A stretch of 64,000 nt of DNA from Polyangiales bacterium (GTDB lineage: Bacteria > Myxococcota_A > Polyangia > Polyangiales > Ga0077539). Shown in pieces: positions 19,062-28,506 of the stretch (position 1 is the stretch's first letter; each line of letters opens with the position of its first letter). The notes under the pieces are model-generated. The model was not told the origin of the DNA, searched no databases, and saw only the letters and a list, made by a program, of their open reading frames with translations. Location of the stretch: NCBI GenBank assembly GCA_044229975.1, contig JBGARZ010000004.1, positions 320,001-384,000 on the forward strand, written 5' to 3'. The position numbers and the translations under genes are program-made.

Positions 19062-19734
19062 GCTCGACCTCGACGGGGCTCTGGCTCCGGTGTTCGGGGC
19101 CGAGCGTGCCGCGCACCGTGAGCCGACAGTGCCAGCGCGTCCCCTTCGCGCCCTCGGCGCCGCGCGAGTCGACGGTCACGCTGAGGATGGCGCAGCGGGT
19201 GTCCCGGGCGATGCGTCGCGACACCGCCTGGAGCGCGTCTTCGCCGGGGAGGATGCGCGCCCTGCCGCCGGACAGCCCCTTGGTGATCGGGTGCCGCTCG
19301 GCGAGGGTGAACGTCGCGACGCGCAGCCGTCGGGCGTTGCCCACCCCCGACGCGTGCGGCTGAATCGCCTGGGGCCTCGACCCGGTCGTGCGCGTGAGGA
19401 GGTCATCCAGCATGCCCATCCTCGGGGCCGATGACGTCGCGGCGGACGTCGTCGGGTCGTCACCCGCGACCGTCCGTCCGATCGCGCGGTGCGCGTCGAG
19501 GTAGCCGCGGACGGCGGCGGCGATGGCGACGTCCTGGTGGGCCTGCGGGAGCGAGCGCAGGATCGCGCCGAAGCGACGGACGAGGATGATCTCGGCGTCG
19601 CGGGCCGAGAGCACTTCGGGCACCGGGGAGGCGTTGTTGAGGTCGTAGGCGGCGCGACCGCGCGACACCCAGGCGGCCTCGTCGATCGGATCTGCGCTCG
19701 GCGCGGGGGATGGCCGCGAAGGGCGATCGGTCAT
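19015..19734 (-). CDS. Hypothetical protein
   Basis: Codon-biased part of ORF 19015..20073 from MTDRPS; short tail-to-tail overlap with the hydrolase. Confidence 0.55.
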   Translation of the reverse strand: MTDRPSRPSPAPSADPIDEAAWVSRGRAAYDLNNASPVPEVLSARDAEIILVRRFGAILRSLPQAHQDVAIAAAVRGYLDAHRAIGRTVAGDDPTTSAATSSAPRMGMLDDLLTRTTGSRPQAIQPHASGVGNARRLRVATFTLAERHPITKGLSGGRARILPGEDALQAVSRRIARDTRCAILSVTVDSRGAEGAKGTRWHCRLTVRGTLGPEHRSQSPVEVELNVVVRDFGANDPPP

Positions 19735-19868
19735 GGCGGGCGCGATTGCACGGCGCCGACCAGTGACGAAAACGCAGGATTCGTAGGGATTTTCGACGGC
19801 GGAGGCGCCCGGAGTTGTGAGCGTATCGGGCAGGGTTGTGCGCCGTTCGCACAGGCCCGAATGGGGAG

Positions 19869-20639
19869 CTACTGGAAGTTCTGCACGGCGGTGGTGGTGC
19901 TGCCGCTGATGAAGAAGCCGCACGCGACGCGGGTAAAGCGGGTGGAGGACATGTTGATGTAGTGGCCGTGCGGCGGCGGGCCGTAGAAGTCGCCGGGGCC
20001 CTCGTCCCACATCTGCTGGAGGCACCCGGAGATGGTCGACTCGACGCTGCCCCAGCCGAGCCAACCGGGGCACTCGTTTTGCCCGCCGCCGGAGGAGCAG
20101 ACGCCCATGCGGAAGCCGTTGTGGGCCGTCATGGTCTGCTGGTCGATCATGGCCTGGCGGTCGGCGCAGTCCTCACCGTCGGTCCAGCGCTGGAGCGGCG
20201 GAAGGCACTGGCACTCGCGGCGAAACTGGTTGATGCGGTTGACGCAGTCCTGGGCGGGATCACCCGTGGCAGGTGGGACTGAAGGGCGGCAACCGGCGAG
20301 CGGCGTGGCGAGCGGACCACCCGCGCACATGGCAGGCGTGACGACGTCGACGGCGGGTGTGCCAGCGTCGCGAGCGGCGATGCCGACGTCGCGAGCAGGA
20401 GTGCCAACGTCGCGAGCAGGAGTGCCAACGTCGCGAGCGGGAGTGCCGGCGTCGAGGCGAGGGACACCGATGTCGATGGGCGTCGCGGGGACATCGCGCG
20501 GGGCAGTGCCGACGTCGACCGCGTCGACGAGCGAGGGGGCGACGTCATCGGGCGTCGTGGTGGGGTCGCCGAGGAGGTTGCCCGTGCACCCCGCGAGGGC
20601 AGCGATCAGCAGCAGGGATCGCGGGCGGAGACGCATCAA
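19869..20639 (-). CDS. CAP/SCP-domain lipoprotein with RDVGTPA repeats
   Basis: Lipobox LAGC; CVNRINQFR, MWDEG, GHYINM, VACG. Confidence 0.82.
   Translation of the reverse strand: MMRLRPRSLLLIAALAGCTGNLLGDPTTTPDDVAPSLVDAVDVGTAPRDVPATPIDIGVPRLDAGTPARDVGTPARDVGTPARDVGIAARDAGTPAVDVVTPAMCAGGPLATPLAGCRPSVPPATGDPAQDCVNRINQFRRECQCLPPLQRWTDGEDCADRQAMIDQQTMTAHNGFRMGVCSSGGGQNECPGWLGWGSVESTISGCLQQMWDEGPGDFYGPPPHGHYINMSSTRFTRVACGFFISGSTTTAVQNFQ
20352..20462. repeat. 21-bp intragenic tandem repeat (about 5 imperfect copies)
   Basis: gtgccaacgtcgcgagcagga units encoding RDVGTPA. Confidence 0.8.
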
Positions 20640-20668
20640 TCGTTGATGCTACCGCGAAGGCGCCGACG

Positions 20669-21184
20669 CTACAGCACCCGCTGGGCGGAGACGGTGACCT
20701 CGTAGCGGCGGTGCGAGGTGAGGTCGTAGACACTGGTGACGAGGGCGGGTGTTCCGGGCGAGACGGCCACCACGCTCTCCGATCGGACGCGGTGAACGCT
20801 CACCGGACCAGCGCCCGCGGCGTCGGCGGTGGAGAGCTCGAAGCCGCCCGAGAGCAGCAGCGCGGTGCCTCGTTGCGCGAAGCTGAAGTGCAGGTTGAGC
20901 CCGACGTCCATGCGCGGCGCGGTAGCTCCATTGGGGCTGGGACCGAGCGGGATGTTGGTCCCGGTGGAGACGTGGCCGGTCTGGTTCTCCTGGAGGACGA
21001 GGGTGTACGTCGCGGGGTTGGCGCGTGGACCGTCTTCGACGCCAGTGACTGCGAAGTCGAAGCGGTACACGGGGCGCGCCGCGGACGAGGGCGGCGCGGG
21101 CGGGTCAGCGTGGACGGGCGCTGCGACGAGCAGGCAGGTGGCGGTGAGGAGCGCGACCGATCGAAGACGGAGAGAGAGGTTCAT
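20669..21184 (-). CDS. Secreted hypothetical protein, weakly secretin-C-terminus-like
   Basis: Signal peptide ending VHA-D; GHVSTGTNIP..DVGLNL beta pattern. Confidence 0.6.
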   Translation of the reverse strand: MNLSLRLRSVALLTATCLLVAAPVHADPPAPPSSAARPVYRFDFAVTGVEDGPRANPATYTLVLQENQTGHVSTGTNIPLGPSPNGATAPRMDVGLNLHFSFAQRGTALLLSGGFELSTADAAGAGPVSVHRVRSESVVAVSPGTPALVTSVYDLTSHRRYEVTVSAQRVL

Positions 21185-21374
21185 GGCCCGGCGCCTTGAG
21201 CAGCGAGCGTGCCGATCGGAGAACACCGCGATCGCACGAAGGGCCGACGACGCGAGCGTGACAATGTGTCGGAGGGCCGGTGCCGCGGTGGGATTTGTCG
21301 TCAGCGCGGCGGTGTCGAAGCACGCCGACGTGACGGCCCACACCCTCGGCGCGCATCATCCGTCGACAGCGCCC

Positions 21375-21635
21375 ATGAACTCCCGCCGACCGACCCCCGC
21401 CCTCCGCTCTTCGGCGCTGCCCGCGCTGGCCGCTGTCCTCGCCGCAGGCGTCGCGGTCGAGGGATGCCTGCCCGACGCGCACGCGCAGACGCCGCCTTCG
21501 CAGGACGCGGGTGTCCGTTCCGATGTGCCGCGTTCGCCTACGCGGGGGGTGAGGGTTCCGGTGAGGCCGACCCCGCCGCCGGACCCGCCCATGCAGATCG
21601 AAGGGGGTGTCAGCCGCAGCAGCGCCTCCCGGTAG
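21375..21635 (+). CDS. Small Pro-rich secreted hypothetical protein
   Basis: Signal-peptide-like N-terminus; 86 aa. Confidence 0.4.
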   Translation: MNSRRPTPALRSSALPALAAVLAAGVAVEGCLPDAHAQTPPSQDAGVRSDVPRSPTRGVRVPVRPTPPPDPPMQIEGGVSRSSASR

Positions 21636-21664
21636 GGGGCGGCTGGTGCTGGCCCGCGACCCCG

Positions 21665-21770
21665 GGGCCCACGCCGCGGCGTCAGCGCGGCGCGCAACGG
21701 TCACGCATGCAGTCACCGTCGACAGCAGACGTCGCGGATGCGCGCCGCGCTGACGCGGCGGCGTGGGCCC
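21665..21770. repeat. Intergenic inverted repeat (32-bp arms)
   Basis: GGGCCCACGCCGCGGCGTCAGCGCGGCGCGCA and its reverse complement with 1 mismatch; related single arm at 62164-62204. Confidence 0.8.
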
Positions 21771-21791
21771 GGAGCACCGCAGCGGCGGCAC

Positions 21792-22907
21792 CTACGTCGG
21801 GACGACGAGGTACTTCTCGCCGGTCGCCATCTTCGCGTACCCGCGCAGCACGTCGAGGTCGAGCAGCTCGCGCAGCGTGATGCGCTTCGTGTAGTGGCTG
21901 GCGAAGGTGGTCGTGAGCTCGTTCGCGACGCGCGTTCGCAGCCCGACCACCTCGGGCCCGGTGAGCTTCGCGAGCGTGTTGCTCACGAGCCAGCCGCCGA
22001 TGCCCCAGGACATGCCGTAGTTGCGCGAGAGCGTCGTGGCCGCGCGGTCGAGCCCGCCATAGACGTAGAGCTGCTTGTGGGTGGTCGATCCGTAGGGGCT
22101 GTACCGCGCGGCGTCCCTGCTCGCGACGCGCTCCATCGCGCGCAGCAGAACGTCCGCCAGCGGGCCGCCACCGATGGCGTCGAACGCGAGCGTCGCGTTG
22201 GTGCGGGCGATGGCTTCGACGAGGTCGTCCTCGAAGGTCGGTGCGCTGGAGTCGACGACGTGCTCGGCGCCGAGCTCACGCAGCGCGCTCACCTGCTCCG
22301 CGCGACGAACGACGTTGACCAGCGCGACGCCGTCCTTCGCGCAGAGCTTCACCAGCATCTGCCCGAGGTTCGACGCCGCGGCGGTGTGGATGATCGCGGA
22401 GTGACCCTCGCGGCGCATCGTCTCCAGCATGCACAGCGCGGTCGTCGGGTTGACGAAGTTGGAGGCGCCCTGCTCGGCGCTTACCCCGTCAGGTAATGCG
22501 AGGCACATCGCCGCGGGGAACACGCGGTGCTGGGCGTAGGTTCCGCCGCCGTAGACGCCGACGGTCTTGCCGAGCAATGCCTGGGCGGCTGGTGACGCGC
22601 CCGCGGCGACCACGACCCCGGCGCCCTCGTTGCCGACGGGCAACGGCTTGCCCACGCGCGACGCGAGGCCGGCCATCGCCGCGGGCGGGATCTTCGCCGT
22701 CAGCGCGGGGAGCTCGGCGGTGCCCGTGGAGCGGGCGGTGTCGAAGTCGGCGCGCGCGAAGAGCACGCCGAGGTCGGAGGGGTTGATGGGCGCCGCGTCG
22801 ATGCGGACGACCACGTCATCGGGCCCCGGCGTGGGCATCGGCGCCTCGTGCAGCGCGACCTCGACCTCACCCTCGGGACGAACCAGCGATCGGAGCTGTA
22901 GCGACAT
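21792..22907 (-). CDS. MDR-family (quinone/enoyl reductase-like) oxidoreductase
   Basis: AAPINPSD, VGNEGAGVV, FVNPTTA, HTAAASNLG; start set at MSLQLRSLV. Confidence 0.9.
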   Translation of the reverse strand: MSLQLRSLVRPEGEVEVALHEAPMPTPGPDDVVVRIDAAPINPSDLGVLFARADFDTARSTGTAELPALTAKIPPAAMAGLASRVGKPLPVGNEGAGVVVAAGASPAAQALLGKTVGVYGGGTYAQHRVFPAAMCLALPDGVSAEQGASNFVNPTTALCMLETMRREGHSAIIHTAAASNLGQMLVKLCAKDGVALVNVVRRAEQVSALRELGAEHVVDSSAPTFEDDLVEAIARTNATLAFDAIGGGPLADVLLRAMERVASRDAARYSPYGSTTHKQLYVYGGLDRAATTLSRNYGMSWGIGGWLVSNTLAKLTGPEVVGLRTRVANELTTTFASHYTKRITLRELLDLDVLRGYAKMATGEKYLVVPT

Positions 22908-22989
22908 GGCCACCGGGATAGAGGTGCGCGCGGACTTCGACAAGTCGTTCAAAGGCCCACTGGGCCAACCGAGGGGCAGCGCAGCCTGG

Positions 22990-23397
22990 TAGCGCCCGCG
23001 GAAGGTGTCTTCGAGCCAGCGTTCGGCGTCGGTGCGCTCGGGGCTGGAGCCCCACGGGAGGCGATTGCTACGGAGACGCTCGCGCATCGCCTCGATCGGC
23101 GCTGAGAGGTCGCGCGCGAGGGTGAGCCGCCCCTGCTCGAAGAGGAGCTCGTGGACTTCCGCCCAACACCAGAAGCCGTTGTAGTACCGGTCGAAGCCCG
23201 GCGCGTCCGTGTGGCCGTTGCCCGCCAGCAACGCGCCAGTGAAGGGAACGGGCACCGAGAGACCCTCGTACTCGAACTGCTCTCCCGCGCGTCGGGTGGG
23301 CAGGAGCCCTTCGAGCGCTGGAAGCGCCCTCTTCAACGCGCGCACCCGCTCCGCCACGCCGAGACCGAGGCGGAGCGCGCGGAGCGTCAGCGCGTCG
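22990..23397 (-). pseudogene. 3' part of hypothetical gene split by the IS3 element
   Basis: Rejoins in frame with 25010-25177 (..RYALADD|ALTLRAL..) when the IS and one GTCG copy are removed; 3' boundary approximate. Confidence 0.75.
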
Positions 23398-23437
23398 CGG
23401 AACGTGTCAACGAACGTGAGACAGTTTGGGTGAAAGA

Positions 23438-24526
23438 TTACTGAAGCATCTGCTCCTGCGCGGGGGTCGCACCCCCGCACCCCGCGGGTTCCTTGGGCGC
23501 GCAGGACGGCGGCCCGTCCTGCGTCCCGGCGGAACTCGTCTTGGGCGGGTTGATCCACGCCGCGGTGGGTGCTCGGGGCGCTCGTGGCCGACCGCGCACG
23601 AAGCGCTCAGGGTGGTCGGCGTAGGCCGCCGCGAGCACGACGTCGCGCGCCGCGATCCGCTCGTGCGTGAGTCCGTGATGGACGTCCGCAGGCGTCAGCA
23701 GCGCGAGGCCGGCGTGATGATGGTCGCGGTTGTACCAGTCGAAGAACGGGCCGCAGAAGCCGCGCGCGTCCTCCAGCGAGCCGAACCGATCGGGGAAGTC
23801 GGGGCGGTACTTCAAGGTCTTGAACTGCGCCTCCGAGTACGGGTTGTCGTCCGAGACGTGGGGCCGCGAGTGCGTCTTCTCCACGCCCAGATCCGAGAGC
23901 TTCTGCGCCACCGTGCGCGACGTCATCGACGAGCCGCGATCGGCGTGCAGCGTCAGCTGACCGGGCGCGATGCCCTGGCGACGACAGGTCTCCGCGATGA
24001 ACTCCTCGGCCAGCGCCGCCGACTCCCGCAGCGCGACCATCCAGCCCACGACGTAGCGGCTGAACACGTCGAGGATCACGTACAGGTAGTAGTAGGTCCA
24101 CTTGCCCGGCCCCCGCAGCTTGGTGATGTCCCACGACCACAGCTGGTTGGGTCGCGTGGCCAGCAGCTCGGGCCGCTGATAGTTCGGGCGCATCGTCAGC
24201 GCCCGCCGCTCGCGCACCTCCTCGTGCCGATGGAGCACCCGGTAGAACGTGCGGATGGAGCCCAGGTAGCGGCCCTCGTCGAGCAGCGCCGCGTACACCT
24301 CGGCGGGCGCCTGGTCGGCGAAGCGGGACTCGTGCAGCACGTCCAACACGCGCTGCTCCTCGTCCTCCGACAGCCGCCTCGGCGAGCGCCGGGAAGGCGT
24401 CTCGGGCGGCGGCGAGGGCTCCTCGACGGGCGTTCGCAGCCGGTACCAGGTGGCCCGCGACAGGCCGATGGCCCGGCAGACGGCGGCCACACCGAGGAGC
24501 GCCACGAAGGGCAGCGCGAGGTCCAT
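23438..24526 (-). CDS. IS3-family transposase OrfB (DDE/rve)
   Basis: PNQLWSWDIT, VILDVFSR, LHADRGS, DNPYSEAQFKTLK; TGATG coupling to orfA. Confidence 0.95.
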   Translation of the reverse strand: MDLALPFVALLGVAAVCRAIGLSRATWYRLRTPVEEPSPPPETPSRRSPRRLSEDEEQRVLDVLHESRFADQAPAEVYAALLDEGRYLGSIRTFYRVLHRHEEVRERRALTMRPNYQRPELLATRPNQLWSWDITKLRGPGKWTYYYLYVILDVFSRYVVGWMVALRESAALAEEFIAETCRRQGIAPGQLTLHADRGSSMTSRTVAQKLSDLGVEKTHSRPHVSDDNPYSEAQFKTLKYRPDFPDRFGSLEDARGFCGPFFDWYNRDHHHAGLALLTPADVHHGLTHERIAARDVVLAAAYADHPERFVRGRPRAPRAPTAAWINPPKTSSAGTQDGPPSCAPKEPAGCGGATPAQEQMLQ

Positions 24527-24936
24527 CACCGCGTCTCTCCGCCCGGCGTCGGGTCGGTCGAGAACAGCCCCACAAGTTTTTTTTGCAGGGTCACGAGCAT
24601 CTCGGCGCGCTCGGCCCGCAGGGTCATCTGGGTGAGCTGCTGCTCCAGTTCGCGCACTCGTGCAGCGTCCTGAGCGACCGGGGCCGGCACCGGTCCTCGT
24701 CGCACGGGCGCGGCCTCGGCCAACGCACCGGCGTCGCGGGCGCGCCGCCACTCGGTCAGGTGCGAGGAGTACAGGCCGTGTCGCCGCAAGAGCGCGGCGA
24801 GCTGACCCGGCTCGGCGGCGGCCGCGTCGGCTTCGGCGAGAATCTTCCGCTTGAACGCGGGGCTGTACGTGCGGCGCTTCGCCTTGGGCGTGACCTCGGT
24901 CGGAGCGACGTCGGGCTTCTTCGTGACCATGTCCAT
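24526..24936 (-). CDS. IS3-family transposase OrfA (HTH)
   Basis: KRRTYSPAFKRKIL, LYSSHLTEWR; LQKK encoded by an A8 run at 24577-24584. Confidence 0.92.
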   Translation of the reverse strand: MDMVTKKPDVAPTEVTPKAKRRTYSPAFKRKILAEADAAAAEPGQLAALLRRHGLYSSHLTEWRRARDAGALAEAAPVRRGPVPAPVAQDAARVRELEQQLTQMTLRAERAEMLVTLQKKLVGLFSTDPTPGGETR

Positions 24937-25009
24937 GAGACCGTCTCCTGACCGCCCTGGTTCAGTAAACTCCCCGGCTGGGGTGTCTCACGGGTTATTG
25001 GCACGCAGG

Positions 25010-25177
25010 GTCGTCCGCCAGCGCGTAGCGGCAGTGGAAGCCGCGCCAGCAGTGGCTCCCCAGCCAGCTCGTCGTGATGCCGAGCGCTCTCGGATCGAAG
25101 AGGCCGCGGCCGTCCACGTCGGTGATGACGTGCGGCCTGTCGCGCATTTCGAGGAGGTCGAGGAGCTGTGTGGTCAC
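25010..25177 (-). pseudogene. 5' part of hypothetical gene split by the IS3 element
   Basis: AGGAG RBS and GTG start; LFDP..CWRGFHCRY; stop supplied by the IS end. Confidence 0.75.
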
Positions 25178-25188
25178 GGTACGGACTC

Positions 25189-26457
25189 CTACAAGCCGAC
25201 GAGGGCTGCGAAGTCGCGGCGGCGCGCGGGCAGGCCGTAGACCATCGGGAGGTCGCTGTCGGTGCGCCAGAAGGCGTCCGAGCGCGCGAGGGCTTCGACG
25301 ACACGACGCTCATCCGTGGTCAGCGAAGCAGTCGTGACGGGCTCCGCGATGTTGACTACCACTGTGGACCCACCGGCGAGTCGCTCGGGCCAGTAACCAG
25401 GGCGCGGAGAGTCCCAGGTGCACAGGTACGGGTGAGAGATGAACTCGACGTCAGGGGTGCGCTCTTCGCGCGTGCGCCAGTGGACCTTCATCTGGAAGGG
25501 ATCCTCCTGATCCGGCCAGAATCCGCCGCCGCCCGTGAGTCTCGGAAGGGCGAGCGACTGCACACACGCGAAGGGACGCGGCGGACGCGCCGGGCCACCG
25601 AGCCGCCAGTGCAGCGCAAGCCACAAGATGTCCCCGCCGAGATCGAACGCGTTGTACCGATCCTCGACGTCAGGGAACGCGCGCAGCATCGCGTCGAGGA
25701 GCAACGGTCTCCAGACCACGGGCGCCCCATGGAGGACCTCGTCGATATCGAGGTGGTGCACGTAGCCCCCTCCCCTCGCGCTCAGTGGCGCCAGGGAGTT
25801 CCGCACCACCGCGTCGGCCCACGACGGATCGGGCGGATGCGTGGCGCTCTTCATCAGTCCATAGGAGGCGCGTGCGGCGACCAGCGGGTCAGGGTCGTCG
25901 ACGAAGGTCCGCAGGCGGGCGCGAACCTCTTCGCTCTCTGGATCGACGAAGCGGCTGTAGTTCGCGAGCAGCTCCGCGCGCGCACCAGGGTCCAGCTCCG
26001 CATCAAGGGCCGCTTCGATGTCCGACTTCGCCGCTCGCGCTCGCTCTGGATATGCCGCCACCAGACTCGCCGCCACCGCTCGCGCGTCAGGCTCCTCCGC
26101 CGCAAGCAGCTCCACATAGCGAGGGAAGCCGAGCTCCGCCGCGCGGATGCATCGCTCGCGGACTGCGGGCTCGCGCGTCATTCCTACCGCGATCGCGTCG
26201 AGCAGGTAGAGGACGCCCACGAGGTTGTCCCCGCTCGTCACGCGCGTGAGGTTGATGAGGAAGGGGGCCGCCGCCGCGGACGCCTCGTCGACGCTGTCCT
26301 GGTTGGTGATCGACGCAAACAGCTCGCGCCACGTCTCGTCGTCGGCCTCGCCGCGCGCGATCTGTCGCAGCCTTCGCGGCGTGTCGATCGGCGGGCCGCA
26401 CGTGTGTCGCAACCGATCCCACGGAACGTCGTCGAGCCCCGCCAGCGGGTCATCCAT
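25189..26457 (-). CDS. Hypothetical HEAT/ARM-like helical protein
   Basis: LDDVPWDRLRH N-terminus; DPGARA/DPLVAARA helical repeats. Confidence 0.7.
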   Translation of the reverse strand: MDDPLAGLDDVPWDRLRHTCGPPIDTPRRLRQIARGEADDETWRELFASITNQDSVDEASAAAAPFLINLTRVTSGDNLVGVLYLLDAIAVGMTREPAVRERCIRAAELGFPRYVELLAAEEPDARAVAASLVAAYPERARAAKSDIEAALDAELDPGARAELLANYSRFVDPESEEVRARLRTFVDDPDPLVAARASYGLMKSATHPPDPSWADAVVRNSLAPLSARGGGYVHHLDIDEVLHGAPVVWRPLLLDAMLRAFPDVEDRYNAFDLGGDILWLALHWRLGGPARPPRPFACVQSLALPRLTGGGGFWPDQEDPFQMKVHWRTREERTPDVEFISHPYLCTWDSPRPGYWPERLAGGSTVVVNIAEPVTTASLTTDERRVVEALARSDAFWRTDSDLPMVYGLPARRRDFAALVGL

Positions 26458-26466
26458 CGCCCGACG

Positions 26467-27237
26467 TTACCGCCCTGCGCGACGCGCCGCGAAGCCCTCC
26501 AGCGCCGCGTACTGGTCCCCCTTCACGCGCACCGACGGCCGCGCCGCCGCCACCAGCGCCACCGCCTCCGCCGCGCCCTTCGCCCGCCCGAGCGCGATGA
26601 GCACCGCCGCCGCCACCGTCGCGCTGCGCCCTCTGCCAAAGGCACAATGCACGTACACCGCGCCGCCCGCCTCGACGCGGTCGACGGCCCACTGCACCGC
26701 CGCGTCCATCTTCTCTGGCCGCGGTGGTGCCCGGTCGAGCGTTGGCACCGCGTGCCGCTCGAACGGCGCCCGCGCGAACACCGCCGCCGTCGGCAGCTCG
26801 CTCGTCAGGTCGATCACGCCGGTCACCCCGCGCGACCGCAGCATCTCCGCCTCCCACGGAAACAACCGCGCCCCGAGGAACACCCCCGGCGACACCTCGT
26901 CGAGCACCGCCGACCGCCGCGTCCAGCGCGCGCCCGCGAACACCGCGTAGCTCACCACGCGAAACGGGAAGAACACCCCCTGCATCCACCCGTGGCGCTC
27001 GCCCTTGAGCAATGGTCCGGGATCGCCCCCGCGCGCCGCGTCGAGGTACAGCGCGCACACTGCCAGCAGCGAAAGCGCCGCCCACGCGCCCGCGACGCCG
27101 AGCAGCGTCAGCGCGAGGATACCGTGTTGGGTAAAAGAGACCGCGAGCAGGAAGGCCGCGGCGTCGACGGCGAGGAGCAGCGCCGTCCACCGCAGCAGAC
27201 CCGGAGACCAGGGTCGTGCTGCGGCGGGGGTGCCCAT
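26467..27237 (-). CDS. Membrane-bound dual-specificity phosphatase (YnbD C-terminus-like)
   Basis: N-terminal TM helices; VIDLTSE; VHCAFGRGRS (CX5R). Confidence 0.88.
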   Translation of the reverse strand: MGTPAAARPWSPGLLRWTALLLAVDAAAFLLAVSFTQHGILALTLLGVAGAWAALSLLAVCALYLDAARGGDPGPLLKGERHGWMQGVFFPFRVVSYAVFAGARWTRRSAVLDEVSPGVFLGARLFPWEAEMLRSRGVTGVIDLTSELPTAAVFARAPFERHAVPTLDRAPPRPEKMDAAVQWAVDRVEAGGAVYVHCAFGRGRSATVAAAVLIALGRAKGAAEAVALVAAARPSVRVKGDQYAALEGFAARRAGR

Positions 27238-27250
27238 CGCGGGTGTTGGA

Positions 27251-28363
27251 TCAGCCCTTGTTGCTGGCGGCGGCCATCTCGGCGACTTCGGTGGCGAAGT
27301 CCTTGGCGGCTGCCTTCTCGATGCCCTCGCCGACCTCGAAGCGCACGAAGCGCACGATGGAGGTGCCGGGCACTTCCTTCGCGACGTTCGCCTGCACCTT
27401 GCTGATCGGGGTGTTGGACTCCTTCACGGAGATCTGGTCGAGCAGCACGATCTCGGTGAGCCACTTGGCGATCTTGCCGTCGAGGATCTTCTCCTTCGCG
27501 GCGGGCGCGCGCCCCTTGGCCTTCTCGGCGGCCTTCTTGAAGCCCTCCATGGTGCCGCGGTCCTTCTCGGACTTCTCGAAGTGGGCCTTCACCTCGGCGT
27601 CCATGTCGCCGAGCGTGCGCCCCTCTTCGGCCGCGATCTCCGCGATGACCGTCTGCACGCGCGTGAGGAACTCACCCGGCGCCGCGGCCGCCTCGGCGTC
27701 TTCCTTGTCCATCAGCGCCGAGAAGATCTCGCGCTGCTTGGCGATGTCCGACGCCGGCACCTCGCTCTTGTCGAGGTACTTCGGGTTCATCGACGCCACC
27801 TGGAGGCAGACGTCGTCGGCGAACTCGATGACCTTCTCGCTCTTCGGGTTGGAGCTGGCGATCTCCGCCACCACCGCGATGCGGTCGTTGGAGTGCACGT
27901 ACGTGTGGAGGTGCGACCCGGCGGCGCTCTCGATCACCGCTACGCGGCGGACGGTGTGCTTCTCGCCCGAGCGCGCGGTCATGGTCTCGATGCGGTCCTT
28001 GAAGGTCATGCCCGAGAAGGCGATGGCTTCGAGGGCCTTGGCGTCGGCCGGCTTGTGCTCGAGCGAAGCCTCCGCGAGGTCCTTCAGCGTGGCCTTGAAC
28101 TCCTCGCCGCGGGCGACGAAGTCCGTCTGACAGTTGAGCTCGACCACCACGCCGACGTTGCCGTTGACGCGCGCGGTGACGCAGCCCTCCGCGGCGACCT
28201 TGCCCGCGGCCTTGATGTTCTTGATCGTCCCCATCTTCTGGAGGACTTCCACGGCCTTCGCCATGTCGCCCTCAGCCTGCACGAGCGCGTTCTTGCAGTC
28301 CGACATGCCGGCCTGGGTGCGCTCACGGAGTTCCTTGACCATCGCTGCGGTGATAGTGGCCAT
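27251..28363 (-). CDS. tsf: Translation elongation factor Ts (with about 60-aa insertion)
   Basis: VKELRERTQAGMSDCKNAL, ELNCQTDFVAR, RFVRFEVGEG; follows rpsB. Confidence 0.97.
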   Translation of the reverse strand: MATITAAMVKELRERTQAGMSDCKNALVQAEGDMAKAVEVLQKMGTIKNIKAAGKVAAEGCVTARVNGNVGVVVELNCQTDFVARGEEFKATLKDLAEASLEHKPADAKALEAIAFSGMTFKDRIETMTARSGEKHTVRRVAVIESAAGSHLHTYVHSNDRIAVVAEIASSNPKSEKVIEFADDVCLQVASMNPKYLDKSEVPASDIAKQREIFSALMDKEDAEAAAAPGEFLTRVQTVIAEIAAEEGRTLGDMDAEVKAHFEKSEKDRGTMEGFKKAAEKAKGRAPAAKEKILDGKIAKWLTEIVLLDQISVKESNTPISKVQANVAKEVPGTSIVRFVRFEVGEGIEKAAAKDFATEVAEMAAASNKG

Positions 28364-28506
28364 CGTTCTGCCTCTTCGCGTCTCTCGGAGTGGTGCGCCG
28401 CCCCCGCTCGTCGTGAGCGGAGGGGTTGGCGCGATTCAATTACTGGTTGGTGTAAGAAGGCGTGAGGGTCGGAGCGCCGTGTGACGCCCCGACTCCGGGG
28501 ACGGTC

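Larger units (their letters stand above)
23398..25009 (-). mobile_element. IS3-family insertion sequence (about 1612 bp) with GTCG target duplication
   Basis: orfA/orfB organisation; imperfect terminal IRs with CGTGAGACA core 17 nt from each end; GTCG at 23394-23397 and 25010-25013. Confidence 0.88.

Noticed and set aside
21792..23558. 588-aa ORF as a single gene
   Set aside because: Composite of the IS end, a pseudogene remnant and the oxidoreductase.
28110..28145. EF-Ts motif CQTDF instead of (C/S)ETDF
   Set aside because: Gln at this position also occurs in E. coli EF-Ts, so it is not unusual.
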